DNA of 64,000 bases, taken from contig CAWDWW010000019.1 of assembly GCA_963806115.1 (NCBI GenBank), forward strand, positions 1,675-65,674, given 5' to 3'. Positions 1 to 9,384 of the stretch are shown piece after piece (position 1 is the first letter of the stretch; each line of letters opens with the position of its first letter). The notes below the pieces were generated by a model that was not told the DNA's origin, searched no databases, and saw only the letters and a list, made by a program, of their open reading frames with translations. The translations under genes were made by a program, and so were the position numbers. The stretch comes from an uncultured beta proteobacterium (lineage in GTDB: Bacteria; Pseudomonadota; Gammaproteobacteria; Burkholderiales; Gallionellaceae).

Positions 1-173
1 TTGGCGAGCTTGAACTTCCCGTCGTACTCCGCTGCCAGCTTTTCCAGGATGGGCTTGAGCACCTTGCACGGCGCGCACCACGGCGCCCAGAAATCGATCA
101 CCACCGGCTGCTTGGAAGAGGCGGCAACCACCTTCTCCTCGAAATCGGCCTGGCTTACGTCCTGCGTATGCAT
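1..173 (-). CDS. Thioredoxin-domain protein (TrxA or CnoX/YbbN-like), 5' part only; runs off the window
   Basis: Manual translation from ATG at 173: [57 protein letters not shown], containing the WCxPC thioredoxin motif. Not in the ORF track because it is truncated. Confidence 0.9.
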   Translation of the reverse strand, partial: MHTQDVSQADFEEKVVAASSKQPVVIDFWAPWCAPCKVLKPILEKLAAEYDGKFKLA

Positions 174-221
174 TTTCCTGCGCTTCCTCTATGTAATTTT
201 AAGTCCGTTCACCGGAATGGC

Positions 222-307
222 GTAGGGTGGATAAGCGCAGCGCATCCACCAAAATTCAGCATACCATCTTATCGTGCTGGTGGATGCGCTGCGCTTATCC
301 ACCCTAC
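222..307. repeat. REP doublet (REPIN-like): perfect 30-bp inverted repeat with GTAG ends
   Basis: GTAGGGTGGATAAGCGCAGCGCATCCACCA at 222-251 and its exact reverse complement at 278-307. Confidence 0.85.
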
Positions 308-357
308 CAAACTGCGACGGCATTCGTTCGTTTTGTTGATCGGACATGTTTGTCACC

Positions 358-385
358 GTAGAGGCGTATTGCCATACGCCCCTAC
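358..385. repeat. Single GTAG-type REP palindrome overlapping the GFA stop codon
   Basis: GTAGAGGCGTATTGCCATACGCCCCTAC, an imperfect palindrome bounded by GTAG and CTAC. Confidence 0.65.
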
Positions 386-732
386 AGCAGATTCCTCCCA
401 TCGAACACCGTCGTCTCCAGCGCAAAGGTATCGACGCCATCCACGCAGCCGAGGTTCACGATATATTGCCCCGGCCGCCGGGTCGTCTCGGTGAAGGTGT
501 GGATGCCGCAGGTCTTGCAGAAATAGTGCTTCGCCCGCTTTTTGTCGAACTGGTAAAAATTCAGCGCGCCTTCCTGCGCGTCGATCTGGAATTTCTCCCC
601 CGGCACGGGATGCACCATCACACCGCGCTTGGAACAGAACGAGCAGTTGCAGCGCACACCATGGGTGAACGGCTCGGCCTCGAACGAGAACCGGATCGCG
701 CCACAGTGGCAACTGCCCTTGTATTGCTGCAT
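382..732 (-). CDS. GFA/CENP-V family Zn-binding protein
   Basis: GSCHCGAIRF, CNCSFC and HYFCKTCG cysteine motifs; 116 aa. Confidence 0.9.
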   Translation of the reverse strand: MQQYKGSCHCGAIRFSFEAEPFTHGVRCNCSFCSKRGVMVHPVPGEKFQIDAQEGALNFYQFDKKRAKHYFCKTCGIHTFTETTRRPGQYIVNLGCVDGVDTFALETTVFDGRNLL

Positions 733-1203
733 TTAGAAGCTCCAGCCTTGCTGTTGCATAAAATCTTCTAAGTTAATACACGGTATGTCAAAGTGCATAC
801 ATACATTAGGAATTTTTGCAGCGTTCTCTTTATAACGCTCCTCAGTAACCACTGTCCCACCTACCACCTTCGCACAAGCAATGACAAATGGATCAGCGAC
901 AGGATCACCTTTTAATCTTTGCTTTTGTCCTATCAATCCCTGAAAGTGAGGCACCTGAAATATTTTCGCCACAAACTGAAGTTCTGCGGCACTAGGTGTT
1001 GTAAAAATATGCTTACGATTTTTTAGCCATTCATTCGTGTGTTGGTCTGCATCCCCTCGTTCCAATTCATTCCACACTTCACGTGTTGAAATTAATTCTT
1101 GTTGTTCAACTAGAGCTTCCAGTCCAACCCACACAGATTTAAACACTCCTGGATAGAAATGTTTAAATTCGCTGAACGAACTCGTATCGAATACGTAGAT
1201 CAC
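733..1203 (-). CDS. PIN-like domain protein, DUF4411 family (putative toxin/RNase)
   Basis: N-terminal YVFDTSS, EVWNEL, ADPFVIACA and VVTEE...KIPNVC motifs; ATGA overlap with the upstream gene; AT-rich. Confidence 0.85.
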   Translation of the reverse strand: MIYVFDTSSFSEFKHFYPGVFKSVWVGLEALVEQQELISTREVWNELERGDADQHTNEWLKNRKHIFTTPSAAELQFVAKIFQVPHFQGLIGQKQRLKGDPVADPFVIACAKVVGGTVVTEERYKENAAKIPNVCMHFDIPCINLEDFMQQQGWSF

Positions 1204-2372
1204 GCAGCCGAGCCTTGTAATATCCGTTGCTCTAAGCCAGCAAAATTCTTGGCTTTAATTCCCAGTAATTCTGACGCATGTTCAACACTGATCTGGTGAC
1301 GGTAATGGCGGCTAACAACTTCTTTAGCGAAGCGATCACTTAAGTAAACATTTTGTGAGGCATACCAGTCACCACCCTTGCTCGGTTTTTTTTGTGCAGC
1401 CCACATCTTTGCCTTTTGAGAATAGAACTCAGCACCAACCCGACCTTGGTCTAAAAATCGACGCAACACAGCCTCGCGACTGACCCCATAATGAAGCGCA
1501 AGCTGGGAAAACATCGATTCTGATGCTTGCTCAACATTGTCAGGAAATTGCCTTGACTGGATCAAAAAATCTTCGATTGGTAGCAATACTTCCGCAGAAA
1601 CTGCATTACAAAATCGTTCTATTTGCCGCTCTTCATTTGGCAAGCGCTCAACATAGCTTTGATCCAGCTTACTCAGACCATTGATATTCAATAGCAGATG
1701 CGCCAATTCATGGAGCAAGCTGAAAACTTGCCTAGTTTTGGACGTGCTGTTATTTATATAGATAAGAGGAAATCTCTCATCTCGCAAGCAAAAACCAGAT
1801 ATGTCCTTTTGTTTGAAGGGCGCTTTAAACACAAAAATCCCCGAGCTCTCAACAGCCTCCCGCCACATCTTTAGCGCAATCTCGTCATTCTTCCAACTGG
1901 TCTGTTGATCAAGGGTAATACCCAAATAATCACGAATAGTCTTCGCCTGCTCTGGAATAGATTTCTCTCTGGACAGGTAAATATCCTTTGGGATGAATCT
2001 AGCTGATGGGGTTTGTTCATCAAACAGTTCCTCTAACGCAAGCTGAAATGCGTGAGCACGCCGTATCTGCATATAGGTGTCAGCTATCAGCGTTCTCATA
2101 TCCTCCTGAGGAAGAGTCCTAAACTCATGTTCTGGCAATTGCTCATCAGGTGGATTTGGCAAAAAGAATACTGCTAACGGCCTTTTGTAAATTTGATAAG
2201 CAAGCTTTTCCAACTGCACATAACTAGGCGCGGCTTCACCCTTTTCCCAAAATTCAACTTCCTCATCTAAACATTTAAGACGAAGTGCTACATCTGGAAT
2301 TGACAGACCAATAGTCTGCCTTGCCCAACGGAGCACTTCTTTTTGAACGCCTACAACAGGTACACTCTTCAT
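1200..2372 (-). CDS. XRE-HTH + ImmA/IrrE family Zn metallopeptidase (COG2856-like)
   Basis: N-terminal HTH (LRWARQTIGLS...WEKGEAAPSYVQLEKLA), HExxH motif (LLHELAH) and ERFCNAVSAEVLLP. Start placed at the MKSV ATG (2372). Confidence 0.88.
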   Translation of the reverse strand: MKSVPVVGVQKEVLRWARQTIGLSIPDVALRLKCLDEEVEFWEKGEAAPSYVQLEKLAYQIYKRPLAVFFLPNPPDEQLPEHEFRTLPQEDMRTLIADTYMQIRRAHAFQLALEELFDEQTPSARFIPKDIYLSREKSIPEQAKTIRDYLGITLDQQTSWKNDEIALKMWREAVESSGIFVFKAPFKQKDISGFCLRDERFPLIYINNSTSKTRQVFSLLHELAHLLLNINGLSKLDQSYVERLPNEERQIERFCNAVSAEVLLPIEDFLIQSRQFPDNVEQASESMFSQLALHYGVSREAVLRRFLDQGRVGAEFYSQKAKMWAAQKKPSKGGDWYASQNVYLSDRFAKEVVSRHYRHQISVEHASELLGIKAKNFAGLEQRILQGSAA

Positions 2373-2445
2373 TTTTGCCTTGTACAAATAAATCACTACA
2401 TATGTGGATTTTGCCAGTACGTTTACTGCACTAGCAATAGCCCAT

Positions 2446-5000
2446 TTAATTCCGCAGCGGCTTCCCATGCTTCAACATATACTCGACCCGTTCCTGCGTC
2501 TTCTCGCTCGCGACCAGTTCGAGGAAGTGCTTGCGTTCGAGGTCGAGCAGCCAATCCTCGTCCACCAGGCTGCCCGCTTCCACGTCGCCGCCGCACATGA
2601 TCTCCGCGATGCGGCTGCCGATGTTGTAGTCGTATTCCGAGATGAAGCCGCCTTCGAGCATGTTGACCATCGCGGCCTTCAGCGTCGCGATGCCGGTGCG
2701 CCCGGCGACGGGTATCTGGCGCGGGTGCAGCGGCGGGCGGTAGGCGGTGGCGGTGAGCGCCTTGGCTTCTTCCTTGGCGACGTGCAGCAGCTCGAAGCGG
2801 TTCAGCACGATGCGGTCTGATGCCTTGAGGTAGCCCATCTCGCGCGCCAGCTCGGCGCTCTTGGCGACCTCGCCCATCGCGATCTGCTGGAAATATTTGC
2901 GCAGGTACGGGAACACGTCGAGGCGGTTGTCGCTGGCGAAGCGCGTCGCATCATGCGCGGCGCGCGAGGCCATCTCCTTGCAGCCGCCGCCCGCGGGCAG
3001 CAGGCCGACGCCGACCTCGACCAGGCCGATGTAACTTTCCAGCGTCGCGACGAGGCGCGTGCAATGGATCGCGAATTCGCAGCCGCCGCCGAGCGCCAGG
3101 CCATCCACCGCGGCGATGGTGGGCACCTGCGCGTATCTCAGGCGCTGCGAGATGACCTGGAATTTCTTCACCACGTCCGCGACGTGCGGCACGTTGCCGG
3201 TGGCAGCGTTGACGATGTCGCCCAGCCCGCCGCCGCCCGCGATGGTGTATTTCACGCGCTGCGTCGCGCCCTTGAGCCTGCCCATCAGCCCGCTGTCCGG
3301 CGCCGGTTCCTGCACGCCCTGCATCGCCTGCACCAGGTTCGCGCCGGCCGAGAACGGCGGCTCGGTCTGCCAGATGACCAGCGCCTTGAAGTTCGCCTCG
3401 GCTTCGTCGACCGCGCGCAGGATGCCGTCCAGCACTTCGTTGCCCAGCGTGTGCATCTTGCTGCGGAAACTCAGGATCGCGATGCCGTCATTCATGTGCC
3501 ACATGCTGATGTCGTCGTTCTCGAACACGGTCTCGCCGTATTGCACGGATTCGCCGAGCAGCCGGTCGGGGAAAAGCTGGCGGCGATAGACTGGCAGAGT
3601 GGAGCGGGGTTGATAGCTTCCTTGCAAAGAGCGTTCCCCCACCCCTCGCCGGCCTCCTCGCAAGCTCTCCCCGGAGGGAGAGGGGAATAGGAGCCTTGCG
3701 CGGTGTGCACGCCGGTGCGGCTCGGGTCGGTGACCCATTCCGGCAGCGGCATGTCGGACATGGTCTTGCCGGTCTGGATGTCGTACGCGATCCATTCCGC
3801 GACCTGTTTCCAGCCCGCCGCCTGCCAGATCTCGAACGGGCCGGTGTCCCAGCCGAAGCCCCAGCGCACCGCGAAGTCGAGGTCGCGTGCGTTGTCGGCG
3901 ATGGTCTGCAGATTGACCGCGCAATAGTGGAACACGTCGCGGAACGTCGACCACAGGAACTGCGCCTGCGGATGCTGGTTGCGGCGCAGGCCGGCGAGTT
4001 TTTTCGCCCAGTCGCGCTCGCGCAAGATCTCCTTCACCTCGTCGTCCACCTTGGCGTCGGAGATCTTGTACTCCTTCGTCTTGAGATCGAGCACGTGGAT
4101 GTCCTTGCCGATCTTCTGGTAGATGCCCTTCTTGGTTTTCTGTCCGAGCGAGCCCTGGTCGACCAGGTACTTGAACCACTCCGGCAATTCGTAATGCTTG
4201 TGCCACGGGTCTTCGGTGAGATTGACGCGCATCGTCTCGACCACGTGCGCGAACACGTCGAGGCCGACGATGTCCAGCGTGCGGAAGGTCGCGCTCTTCG
4301 GTCGGCCGAGATAGCGCCCGGTCAGCGCGTCCACCAGATCGAAGCCGAGGCCGTATTCCTGCGCGTGGTGCTTGGTGGCGAGCATCGAGAACACGCCGAT
4401 GCGGTTGGCGATGAAGTTGGGCGTGTCCTTGGCGCGCACCACGCCCTTGCCCAGCGTGGAGACGAGGAATTCTTCGAGGTGGTCGAGCAGCGAGCGCTTC
4501 GGTGCCGGTGCACGGGATCAGCTCGACCAGATGCATGTAGCGCGGCGGGTTGAAGAAGTGGATGCCGCAGAAACGGTGGCGCAGATTTTCCGGGAAGGCT
4601 TCGGCCAGCGTGTTGATCGACAGGCCCGAGGTATTGGTCGCGAAGATCGCGTGTTCGCCGACATAGGGCGCTACTTTTTTATAGAGATCGGACTTCCAGT
4701 CGATGCGCTCGGCGATCGCCTCGATGATCAGGTCGCACTCGCGCAGCTTGTCCAGGTGCTGTTCGTAGTTGGCCGGCTGGATGAACGAGATCTTCGCGGG
4801 CGACGCGGCGGGCGCGGGGTCAAGCTTCCTGAGGCCGTCGAGCGCCTTGTTCACGTTACCGTTCTTGTCGCCTTCCTTGGATCGGGTAATTCGAACAGCA
4901 GTGTCTCGACATTGGCATTGACCAGGTGCGCCGCGATCTGCGCCCCCATCACGCCGGCGCCGAGCACCGCGACTTTGCGGATATGGAAATTATTGTTCAT
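2446..5000 (-). CDS. 3-hydroxyacyl-CoA dehydrogenase/enoyl-CoA hydratase (FadN-type), broken by about 3 frameshifts
   Basis: Starts MNNNFHIRKVAVLGAGVMGAQIAAHL (Rossmann fold); has HFFNPPRYM, AKDTPNFIANR and a crotonase-domain ALGGGCE. Frame changes near 4880, 4497 and 3685. Confidence 0.88.
3613..3698 (-). repeat. CCCTCTCCC..GGGAGAG-type palindromic element inside the fadN coding sequence, flanked by duplicated QGSY codons
   Basis: Minus strand reads CAAGGCTCCTAT-TCCCCTCTCCCTCCGGGGAGAG...GGGGTGGGGGAACGCTCTTTG-CAAGGAAGCTAT. Confidence 0.55.
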
Positions 5001-5037
5001 CTTCTTCTCTCCGAATCACATTCCGTCATTTTCTCTC

Positions 5038-5095
5038 GTAGGAGCGGGCCATGCCCGCGATATTTAAATTAATCGCGGGCATGGCCCGCTCCTAC
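5038..5095. repeat. REP doublet: perfect 24-bp inverted repeat with GTAG ends
   Basis: GTAGGAGCGGGCCATGCCCGCGAT (5038-5061) and ATCGCGGGCATGGCCCGCTCCTAC (5072-5095). Confidence 0.85.
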
Positions 5096-5127
5096 AAACC
5101 CATCTTTCATCAATCTTGCGGCGGTGA

Positions 5128-5535
5128 TTATTCTTCCGCCGGCACGGGGCGCGGCTTGCGGTCGTCGCCCACCGCGACATAGGTCAGCGTCGCCTCGGTC
5201 ACCTTGACGCAAACCGGCTTGGCTGGATCGCGCTGCGCATACACCTCGACCTCGACGGTGATCGACGTCGTCCCCACCTTCACGATCCTGGTGTAGAAAC
5301 TCACCACGTCACCGACGAAGATCGGCTGCTTGAACACGAAGGAATTCACCGCTATCGTCGCGACCCGCCCCTTGGCGCGATGCAGTGCCGGGATGCTTCC
5401 GGCGATGTCCACCTGCCCCATCAGCCAGCCGCCGAAGATGTCGCCGGTGTAATTGGCATCGGAAGGCATCGCTGCGACGCGGATGGTCGGCTCGCGCTGC
5501 GGCAAAGTTGTGTGCTGATGGTCATCCACGATCAA
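5128..5535 (-). CDS. Acyl-CoA thioesterase (hotdog fold, YciA-like)
   Basis: MPSDANYTGDIFGGWLMGQVD motif. Confidence 0.9.
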   Translation of the reverse strand: MIVDDHQHTTLPQREPTIRVAAMPSDANYTGDIFGGWLMGQVDIAGSIPALHRAKGRVATIAVNSFVFKQPIFVGDVVSFYTRIVKVGTTSITVEVEVYAQRDPAKPVCVKVTEATLTYVAVGDDRKPRPVPAEE

Positions 5536-7343
5536 GGTCCTTCATAGAGTTGTTTTATTTCATCGGCGAAGCGCTTCGCGACTTCGTTGCGCTTGAGTTT
5601 CAGCGTCGGCGTGAGCAGCCCGTTCTCTATGCTCCACGGCTCGGTCAGCAACAGCACCCGGTACACCTTGGCATAACCGGGGAATTCCCTGATCTGCCCG
5701 GCGATGCGTTGCAACACCGGCTGCTCGACGCGCGTGTCATGCAGCGCTTCCGGCATATCGGCGCGCACACCCACCTGCTGCGCAAGTTCCTTCCACTTGT
5801 CGGGATTCACCACGGCCAGCACCAGCAGCGTTGGATGCCCCTCGCCATACACCATTACCTGGTCGAACAGGCTGTCGCGAAGTAAAGCCTCCTCCATGTC
5901 GGCGGGCGGCACCTTCTCGCCGTTGGACATCACGATGATTTCTTTCAGGCGGCCGGTGATCGTGACGTGACCGCTTGCGCCTATGCTTGCGGTGTCTCCG
6001 GTATTGAGCCAGCCGTCCTTGTCTATCATCGCGGCAGTAGCCTCGGGGTTGTTCCAGTAGCCCAGCATGTTGCATGGCCCCTTCACCAGCAATGCATTCT
6101 GCTCGCCGATGCGCACCTGTATGCCCTCAAGCGGCGGCCCGACGGTGGAGGGACGATTGTCTTCAACATGATTGACGCACACCACCGGGCTGGTCTCCGT
6201 CATGCCGTACCCCTGCACCAGAGGCAACCCAAGCGCAATGAACAAACGCGACACCTTGGGCGGCAGCGCCGCGCCGCCGCTGACGGATAGGCGCATCCGC
6301 CCTCCCAGCCTGTCCATCACCTTGTCCGCCACCAGATGCTTGAGCAGCGGCCACAACAGCAATTTCGGCGTCCATGCGCCCCGTCCCTGCTGGTATTCGA
6401 AACGGTCCCAGCCGACTTCGACGGTGAATGTGAACAGCTTGCGCCGTAGCGGCGGCCCTTCTTCCAGCTTGGCGTGTATCGCGTTGTAGATACGTTCATA
6501 TATGCGCGGCACGGACGCCAATACGGTGGGGCGGATGATCTTCATGTCATCGGCCAACAATGGAATTGAACGCGCATAGCCCACTGCCGCCCCGGCCATC
6601 ATCGCCATGTAATAGCCTGCCGTGCGCTCGAAAGTATGCGACAGCGGCAGGAAAGACAGGAAAATATCGCTGCTATTGAGGCCTTCGGCAAACGTCATCA
6701 GCGACGCATAAGCGTTGTGCAGGATGTTGTGGTGCGACAGCATCACGCCTTTGGGCTTGCCGGTGGTGCCCGAAGTGTAGATGATCGTCGCCAGCTCATC
6801 GGGCTTGCGCGTTCGCTCCGTCGCAATTCCAGCCTGTGGCGGCACCCAGTCATCCGCGCAGGTCAATCGGGGCTCATCATGAGCGGCAATCCTGTCCAGG
6901 CTGACCATGCGCTGCACGCAGCCGAGCTGGCCGCGCACGGTGCGCAACTCCTGCCATTGTTCATCAGTCTCGAACAGCAACACTTTGGCCTGCGCATTGT
7001 TGATGATATAGGCCACATTGTCCGGCCTGTCCACGGTATACAACGGCACCACCACCAGGCGCAATGACATCGCTGCCTGCTCGAACATCACCCACTGCGG
7101 GCAGTTGCGCAGCATCAATGTCACGCGGTCGCCGGCAGCCAGATTTTCGCGCAACAGCGCCGCCTGCCAGCGCGCCACCTGGCCGAGCATCTGCTTCCAG
7201 GTCAGCGAAAGCCATGTATCCCGGTGGGTATCGAAATAGCGGTATGCAATGGTGTCCGGTGTTCGCTTCATCCGTTCGATGAGCAGGCCGTGCAGCGTGA
7301 GCGCCTGTTCCGGTTTGATGTAGTGATCGGTATTGCTCGGCAT
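5532..7343 (-). CDS. fadD: Long-chain fatty acid-CoA ligase (AMP-dependent synthetase)
   Basis: IIYTSGTTGKPKG, QGYGMTE, TGD and LTPTLKLKR motifs; 603 aa. Confidence 0.88.
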   Translation of the reverse strand: MPSNTDHYIKPEQALTLHGLLIERMKRTPDTIAYRYFDTHRDTWLSLTWKQMLGQVARWQAALLRENLAAGDRVTLMLRNCPQWVMFEQAAMSLRLVVVPLYTVDRPDNVAYIINNAQAKVLLFETDEQWQELRTVRGQLGCVQRMVSLDRIAAHDEPRLTCADDWVPPQAGIATERTRKPDELATIIYTSGTTGKPKGVMLSHHNILHNAYASLMTFAEGLNSSDIFLSFLPLSHTFERTAGYYMAMMAGAAVGYARSIPLLADDMKIIRPTVLASVPRIYERIYNAIHAKLEEGPPLRRKLFTFTVEVGWDRFEYQQGRGAWTPKLLLWPLLKHLVADKVMDRLGGRMRLSVSGGAALPPKVSRLFIALGLPLVQGYGMTETSPVVCVNHVEDNRPSTVGPPLEGIQVRIGEQNALLVKGPCNMLGYWNNPEATAAMIDKDGWLNTGDTASIGASGHVTITGRLKEIIVMSNGEKVPPADMEEALLRDSLFDQVMVYGEGHPTLLVLAVVNPDKWKELAQQVGVRADMPEALHDTRVEQPVLQRIAGQIREFPGYAKVYRVLLLTEPWSIENGLLTPTLKLKRNEVAKRFADEIKQLYEGP

Positions 7344-7352
7344 AACTTACTC

Positions 7353-8189
7353 TCAGCCAAGGAAAAGGTCGTTGTACAGCGGCGTGCCGGGTGACACTGC
7401 ATATTGTTCGAAATCGCTAACGCCCGCTGCACGCAATACTTCTTCGTCGATGAAGAAATTCCCGCTGCAAGTGCTGCTATCGCGCGTCAGGATGACATGC
7501 GCAGCATCCGCCATGATGGCAGGCTTGCGTGAAGCGCGCAGCACCGCTTTGGGAAAATTGAACTCGATCGCCGCAGTGGCGATGGTAGTCCGCGGCCACA
7601 GGCAATTGACGCCCAGACCTTTAACCCTGCCGCCGTCTGTTAAGAACTCGCGTGCCATGCCCAGGGTGCAAAAACTCATGCCATATTTCGAAATCGTGTA
7701 TGCCAGATGCGGCGCGAACCATTTGGCATCCAGATTGAGCGGAGGGGACAGCGTAAGAATATGCGGATTATCCGCCTGTTCGAGATAGGGGATACAAGCT
7801 TGTGATGCCAGGAAAGTCGCGCGCATATTCACGTCCCACATCAGGTCTAGCCGTTTGGGAGTCGTGTCCAGGGTGGGGGTCATGCTGATGGCGCTGGCAT
7901 TGTTCACCAGCACGTCTATCCCGCCAAAGATCTTCACGGTCTGTTCCACGGCGGAATGTATTGCCTGCTCGTCGCGCACATCCAGCTGGATCGCCAGTGC
8001 CTTTCCACCCGCTTGCTCCACCTCTTTGGCAACCGAGTGTATGGTTCCGGGCAATTTGGCATGCGCTGTTACCGTTTTGCCGGTGATCACAACCTGCGCA
8101 CCGTCGCGCGCGCAGCGCAATGCGATCTCGCGCCCGATGCCGCGGCTGGAACCGGTGATGAAAATCGTTTTACCGCGCAATTCATTCAT
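7353..8189 (-). CDS. SDR family NAD(P)-dependent oxidoreductase (HSDL2-like)
   Basis: TGSSRGIG, NNAS, YTISK and LWPRTTIATAA motifs. Confidence 0.88.
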   Translation of the reverse strand: MNELRGKTIFITGSSRGIGREIALRCARDGAQVVITGKTVTAHAKLPGTIHSVAKEVEQAGGKALAIQLDVRDEQAIHSAVEQTVKIFGGIDVLVNNASAISMTPTLDTTPKRLDLMWDVNMRATFLASQACIPYLEQADNPHILTLSPPLNLDAKWFAPHLAYTISKYGMSFCTLGMAREFLTDGGRVKGLGVNCLWPRTTIATAAIEFNFPKAVLRASRKPAIMADAAHVILTRDSSTCSGNFFIDEEVLRAAGVSDFEQYAVSPGTPLYNDLFLG

Positions 8190-8436
8190 TGCCAGGATTC
8201 CATTCAGGGTTTGAACATTGAATTGGCATTCCCATCCCGAGTCCAGCCGGCGTGCATAGCATCGCCTAGGGTCATGTCAGCCATCATGCATGCGCCGCTG
8301 TGCGGTTATTTCCGGTTCATTATGATTCTCATCGCGACATGATACCTTTTCCACAACGCAGCAATATGTATGGCAGACAAACCGTAACACCCAAGTTCGC
8401 GACTCTGCCACGGGATATCTTCACCCCCCGCATTCG

Positions 8437-9276
8437 TCACCATGCCAAAACGCCCGCCGATGCTTCAATCCCAATGAACCGGCCGACGCTATTGATTGCG
8501 CCTTGCTGGAAAATCGGATCGGCAGCAGCGCTACGCAAAGACCCGTATCCCAGGATCAACGAAAAATTGCCGTTGGGCGGGTTGCGAACTATCACCTTGG
8601 CACTGATTTCCCTGGAGTCACCCCGCATAAGAAAATCGTTGCCTCCTATATTTTCATTCAAGTCCCAGGAAACGCGTTCAAAGCTTATGCTGAAGATCAT
8701 CGGCCATTTCGGCAAGTAACTAAACCCGATTCTGTTGCGATTGTTGCGCATTTTCGTATAGCTGTAGAGTTCCGAATCAAAATGGAATGCAAGTTTCTTG
8801 TCATACCGGTACGTATACATGAGCCCCGGGCTGAGCCACGAGTTGATTTTTCGTTCAACCATCGGGCCCGCAGGATCCTTGTAGTCTATAAATAATGCAC
8901 GGTACCAATTCAGGTATGGTATGAACGTTGTAGGTGTATCACCGGGAACGGTGGTCGAATAATATATCCTTCCCAGCCCCAAAACTGTAGCAAGTTGTGT
9001 ATCGGTGGTCGCAAGTGTCTTATAGTCAAAATACGTGATTCCGCCAAAAGGCCCCTTGCCGGTTTTCTTTGCAGTTTCGGATATGGGATAGGGAAGCTGT
9101 AAAATAACTTCACTGAGTACGCCAAAATCCTTTTGCGATCTATTTCTCAGATAAATCGAATTGAGGTTGACATCCAGGCTGTCATTGACATCGCCATAAG
9201 CGTTGATGGCACACAGGGCCGATGTACATATAAGCACCAAGATCACGGTGATCCTGAACGGGTGATCTGTACTCAA
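8437..9276 (-). CDS. Hypothetical exported protein, possibly an outer-membrane beta-barrel
   Basis: 279-aa ORF with a hydrophobic N-terminal signal, aromatic-rich alternating beta-strand-like segments and a C-terminal Trp. Confidence 0.55.
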   Translation of the reverse strand: MSTDHPFRITVILVLICTSALCAINAYGDVNDSLDVNLNSIYLRNRSQKDFGVLSEVILQLPYPISETAKKTGKGPFGGITYFDYKTLATTDTQLATVLGLGRIYYSTTVPGDTPTTFIPYLNWYRALFIDYKDPAGPMVERKINSWLSPGLMYTYRYDKKLAFHFDSELYSYTKMRNNRNRIGFSYLPKWPMIFSISFERVSWDLNENIGGNDFLMRGDSREISAKVIVRNPPNGNFSLILGYGSLRSAAADPIFQQGAINSVGRFIGIEASAGVLAW

Positions 9277-9384
9277 AATCGCCTCCTGATCAAAACATCA
9301 AAGTTGCCGAACGATATACTGATAGTGCTTAATCATCAAGCTCGTAATGGCCAACGAAGAATTTCACCCGGATGATTTCAGAAA

